A stretch of DNA of 63,858 nt, counting the filler, from Octopus bimaculoides (taxonomy: Eukaryota), in NCBI RefSeq assembly GCF_001194135.2. It is 6 parts of 6 records of this genome, joined end to end, with 100 filler letters (N's around TTAATTAATTAA, not from the genome) between each part and the next. Parts side by side here need not be neighbours in the genome. Positions count along the whole stretch, not along the records: positions 61,192 to 63,858 come from NC_069008.1; 5 more parts are not named here. One strand, written 5' to 3'. Positions 61,547 through 63,858 of the stretch are shown here, in pieces (position 1 is the first letter of the stretch; every line of letters starts with the position of its first letter). The position numbers were made by a program, and so were the translations under genes. The notes below the pieces were generated by a model. The model searched no databases. It saw only the letters and a program-made list of their open reading frames with translations, and was not told the origin of the DNA.

Positions 61547-62149
61547 AAAAGAAAATAACACAGCCATATGATTTAAAGAATAAAACCCTTTAAAACCAAG
61601 AATCATCTGAAGCAGTTATTATACATCAATGACAACAGCAAGCTAGTTTGAGTGATTTACACACAACATCATGGTCGGAAAAGTAAGAGTCGGTTACGGT
61701 GACTTGTGGACGCCGATCCTAGTTCACGTAAACATGATCCAGCAGGCTTCCATAGTTGGTGGTGGGTTTTTGGACTAGTTGGTCGAACCCAGACTGGTTC
61801 ATAGTTGTCAAGATCCCATGGTTAGGGGAATCAAGGAGATCCACGTTGAAATACACCAAGGACGATGGTCAGAGGATTCCTTGGCAAAGATAAAAGCGGT
61901 ATCTGTCTACTTACGAAACTAAACCTACCTATCTACTTTACATCCCTCTGTGGTCAGTATAGTATCAATCATCCCTCAAGAGTCCATAGATACGCGAGTA
62001 AAATTACTAATAGAGAGAAGAAAATAAAACTTTGGAAGCAGCAACGCCACCATAGGTTACATGGAAACGATGAACGTGTTTTCAAGGGAGATAATCAAAG
62101 AACGTAACATTGTAATACTTCATGTAAAGTAAATATAACAAATGAAAAA

Positions 62150-62345
62150 TCCTTCAAGAATCCATAAAAATTCCCGGATCACTACCAAAATTTCATCATC
62201 TGTTCCTGGTGTCATTACCAACATTTCCTGCAAGTTTCATCAAATACCATTCACAACTTTTTGAGTTATTTTGCACACAGACGGACAGACGGACAGACGG
62301 ATAAACCAACGCTTTTACTAAAACTTCACTGACGACGAGTAACTC
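62150..62345 (+). mobile_element. Helentron/DINE-1-like 3' portion
   Basis: aagtttcatcaaatacc...ttttgagttattttgcacacagacggacagacggac, similar to 25260-25420. Confidence 0.45.
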
Positions 62346-63016
62346 TGGATTTTCATCGTATAGTTCGTGGCCCCATCGTAGATACGAAAGGGGTCGCGAG
62401 GACGGTTAATAGCGAAAATAAAATGGAAGAAAAAAGATACATATCTGCACGTATACATACATACATACATACATACATACTTACATACATACATACATAC
62501 AAGTGTGGAAGAATGGAAAATGGAAGAAAAGCTCTGGCTTTCGTTAGGAGTGGTCCACATAACCATTCATGATACAGAGGCTGGGAGCCTATTTCTTCAG
62601 TTGGGGAGTGAATCGTCATCACATGTCACTTAGTCGCAAGCACATGTCATATAGCTGCAACAGGATGCTGTATTACCAACGACAATGTGATTTCTCTAAG
62701 ACATCACCCAGTAATTTCTCAGGTCCATTTATACATTTCTCAATACATTCTGCTGTTATGGCTTCCCTCCTTCATTTTGTGCCTCCATCGTAGATGGGTA
62801 GATTTGCCAGTATACATAACAGAACAAATCGTGAGGGATTATCAATCCGGGAAAAGTACTTCATAAGCTCTCTGTTGGCAAACCACGCTGACAATATTAC
62901 GTTTTGTTTTGACTGCATCGTCGTTTCTCTCCCATTTCTAACAAAACCGTCCGATGAAAGGGAACGTGAAACTCCGAGTAACAGTCTTTTGTTATATTTC
63001 TGCTGCTTCTAAATAA

Positions 63017-63057
<41 letters not shown>

Positions 63058-63494
63058 TTGAAATTTACATATATATATATATANNNNNNNNNNNNNNNNN
63101 NNNNNNNNNNNNNNNNNNNNNNNNNNNNNNNNNNNNNNNNNNNNNNNNNNNNNNNNNNNNNNNNNNNNNNNNNNNNNNNNNNNNNNNNNNNNNNNNNNNN
63201 NNNNNNNNNNNNNNNNNNNNNNNNNNNNNNNNNNNNNNNNNNNNNNNNNNNNNNNNNNNNNNNNNNNNNNNNNNNNNNNNNNNNNNNNNNNNNNNNNNNN
63301 NNNNNNNNNNNNNNNNNNNNNNNNNNNNNNNNNNNNNNNNNNNNNNNNNNNNNNNNNNNNNNNNNNNNNNNNNNNNNNNNNNNNNNNNNNNNNNNNNNNN
63401 NNNNNNNNNNNNNNNNNNNNNNNNNNNNNNNNNNNNNNNNNNNNNNNNNNNNNNNNNNNNNNNNNNNNNNNNNNNNNNNNNNNNNNNNNNNCTC

Positions 63495-63532
<38 letters not shown>

Positions 63533-63858
63533 TTAAAATTTACAGAAAAACAAAAGACGAAGACAGGTGTATAAAGACAGGTGTATAAAGAAACATGTGT
63601 ATTAAGATAGTCGTTTGCAATGTTTTACCAAAAAGGAAAACTATAATTGTCATTAAATATGACAAAGGTGTTAGAAACATCTACATTGCTAGAAATAAGA
63701 GCTAAAATGCTCTAATGCTGTAGTAAAGGGATGTAATTCTATACATATTTACTGACAGGGATTATAATCGATTGAAAACACTGATCGATAATTTCCTATA
63801 CTGACCGGTCAGTTTCGGCAATTTCTATCTCTGACACCCTTGTTATATATATATATAT

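Overview
Eukaryotic, AT-rich, gap-ridden genomic window. The repeat families and microsatellite spectrum look like an octopus/cephalopod draft assembly; this is recognition from memory, not a database check. The ORF track misses the one real host gene: a minus-strand Rab34/Rab36-family small GTPase. Five coding exons (16863-16789, 13131-13040, 11655-11590, 6159-6058, 4701-4637) splice in frame with canonical GT-AG into a 133-aa N-terminal part containing the P-loop GDISIGKT, switch I YKATIGVDF and WDTAGQE. The remaining 3' exons were not found and probably lie left of the window. A non-coding first exon must lie further right, possibly near 23.9-24.0 kb. The rest is mobile-element debris: tRNA-headed SINE families (my labels A, C, D, E), a (GAT)n-tailed family B whose head was not seen, R4/Dong-like, RTE and Penelope-like retroelement fragments, mariner/Tc1 fragments, and hAT-, piggyBac- and Helentron-like non-autonomous elements. 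The most unusual observations are (i) several decayed minimal hammerhead-ribozyme-like motifs in small Penelope-tail-like elements, (ii) a 380-bp palindrome built from two tRNA-like arms, (iii) a CpG-decay boundary near 23 kb matching the Rab gene body, and (iv) near-identical inverted family B copies bracketing Rab exons 2-4. Repeat boundaries are by eye and approximate unless a TIR or TSD is quoted.
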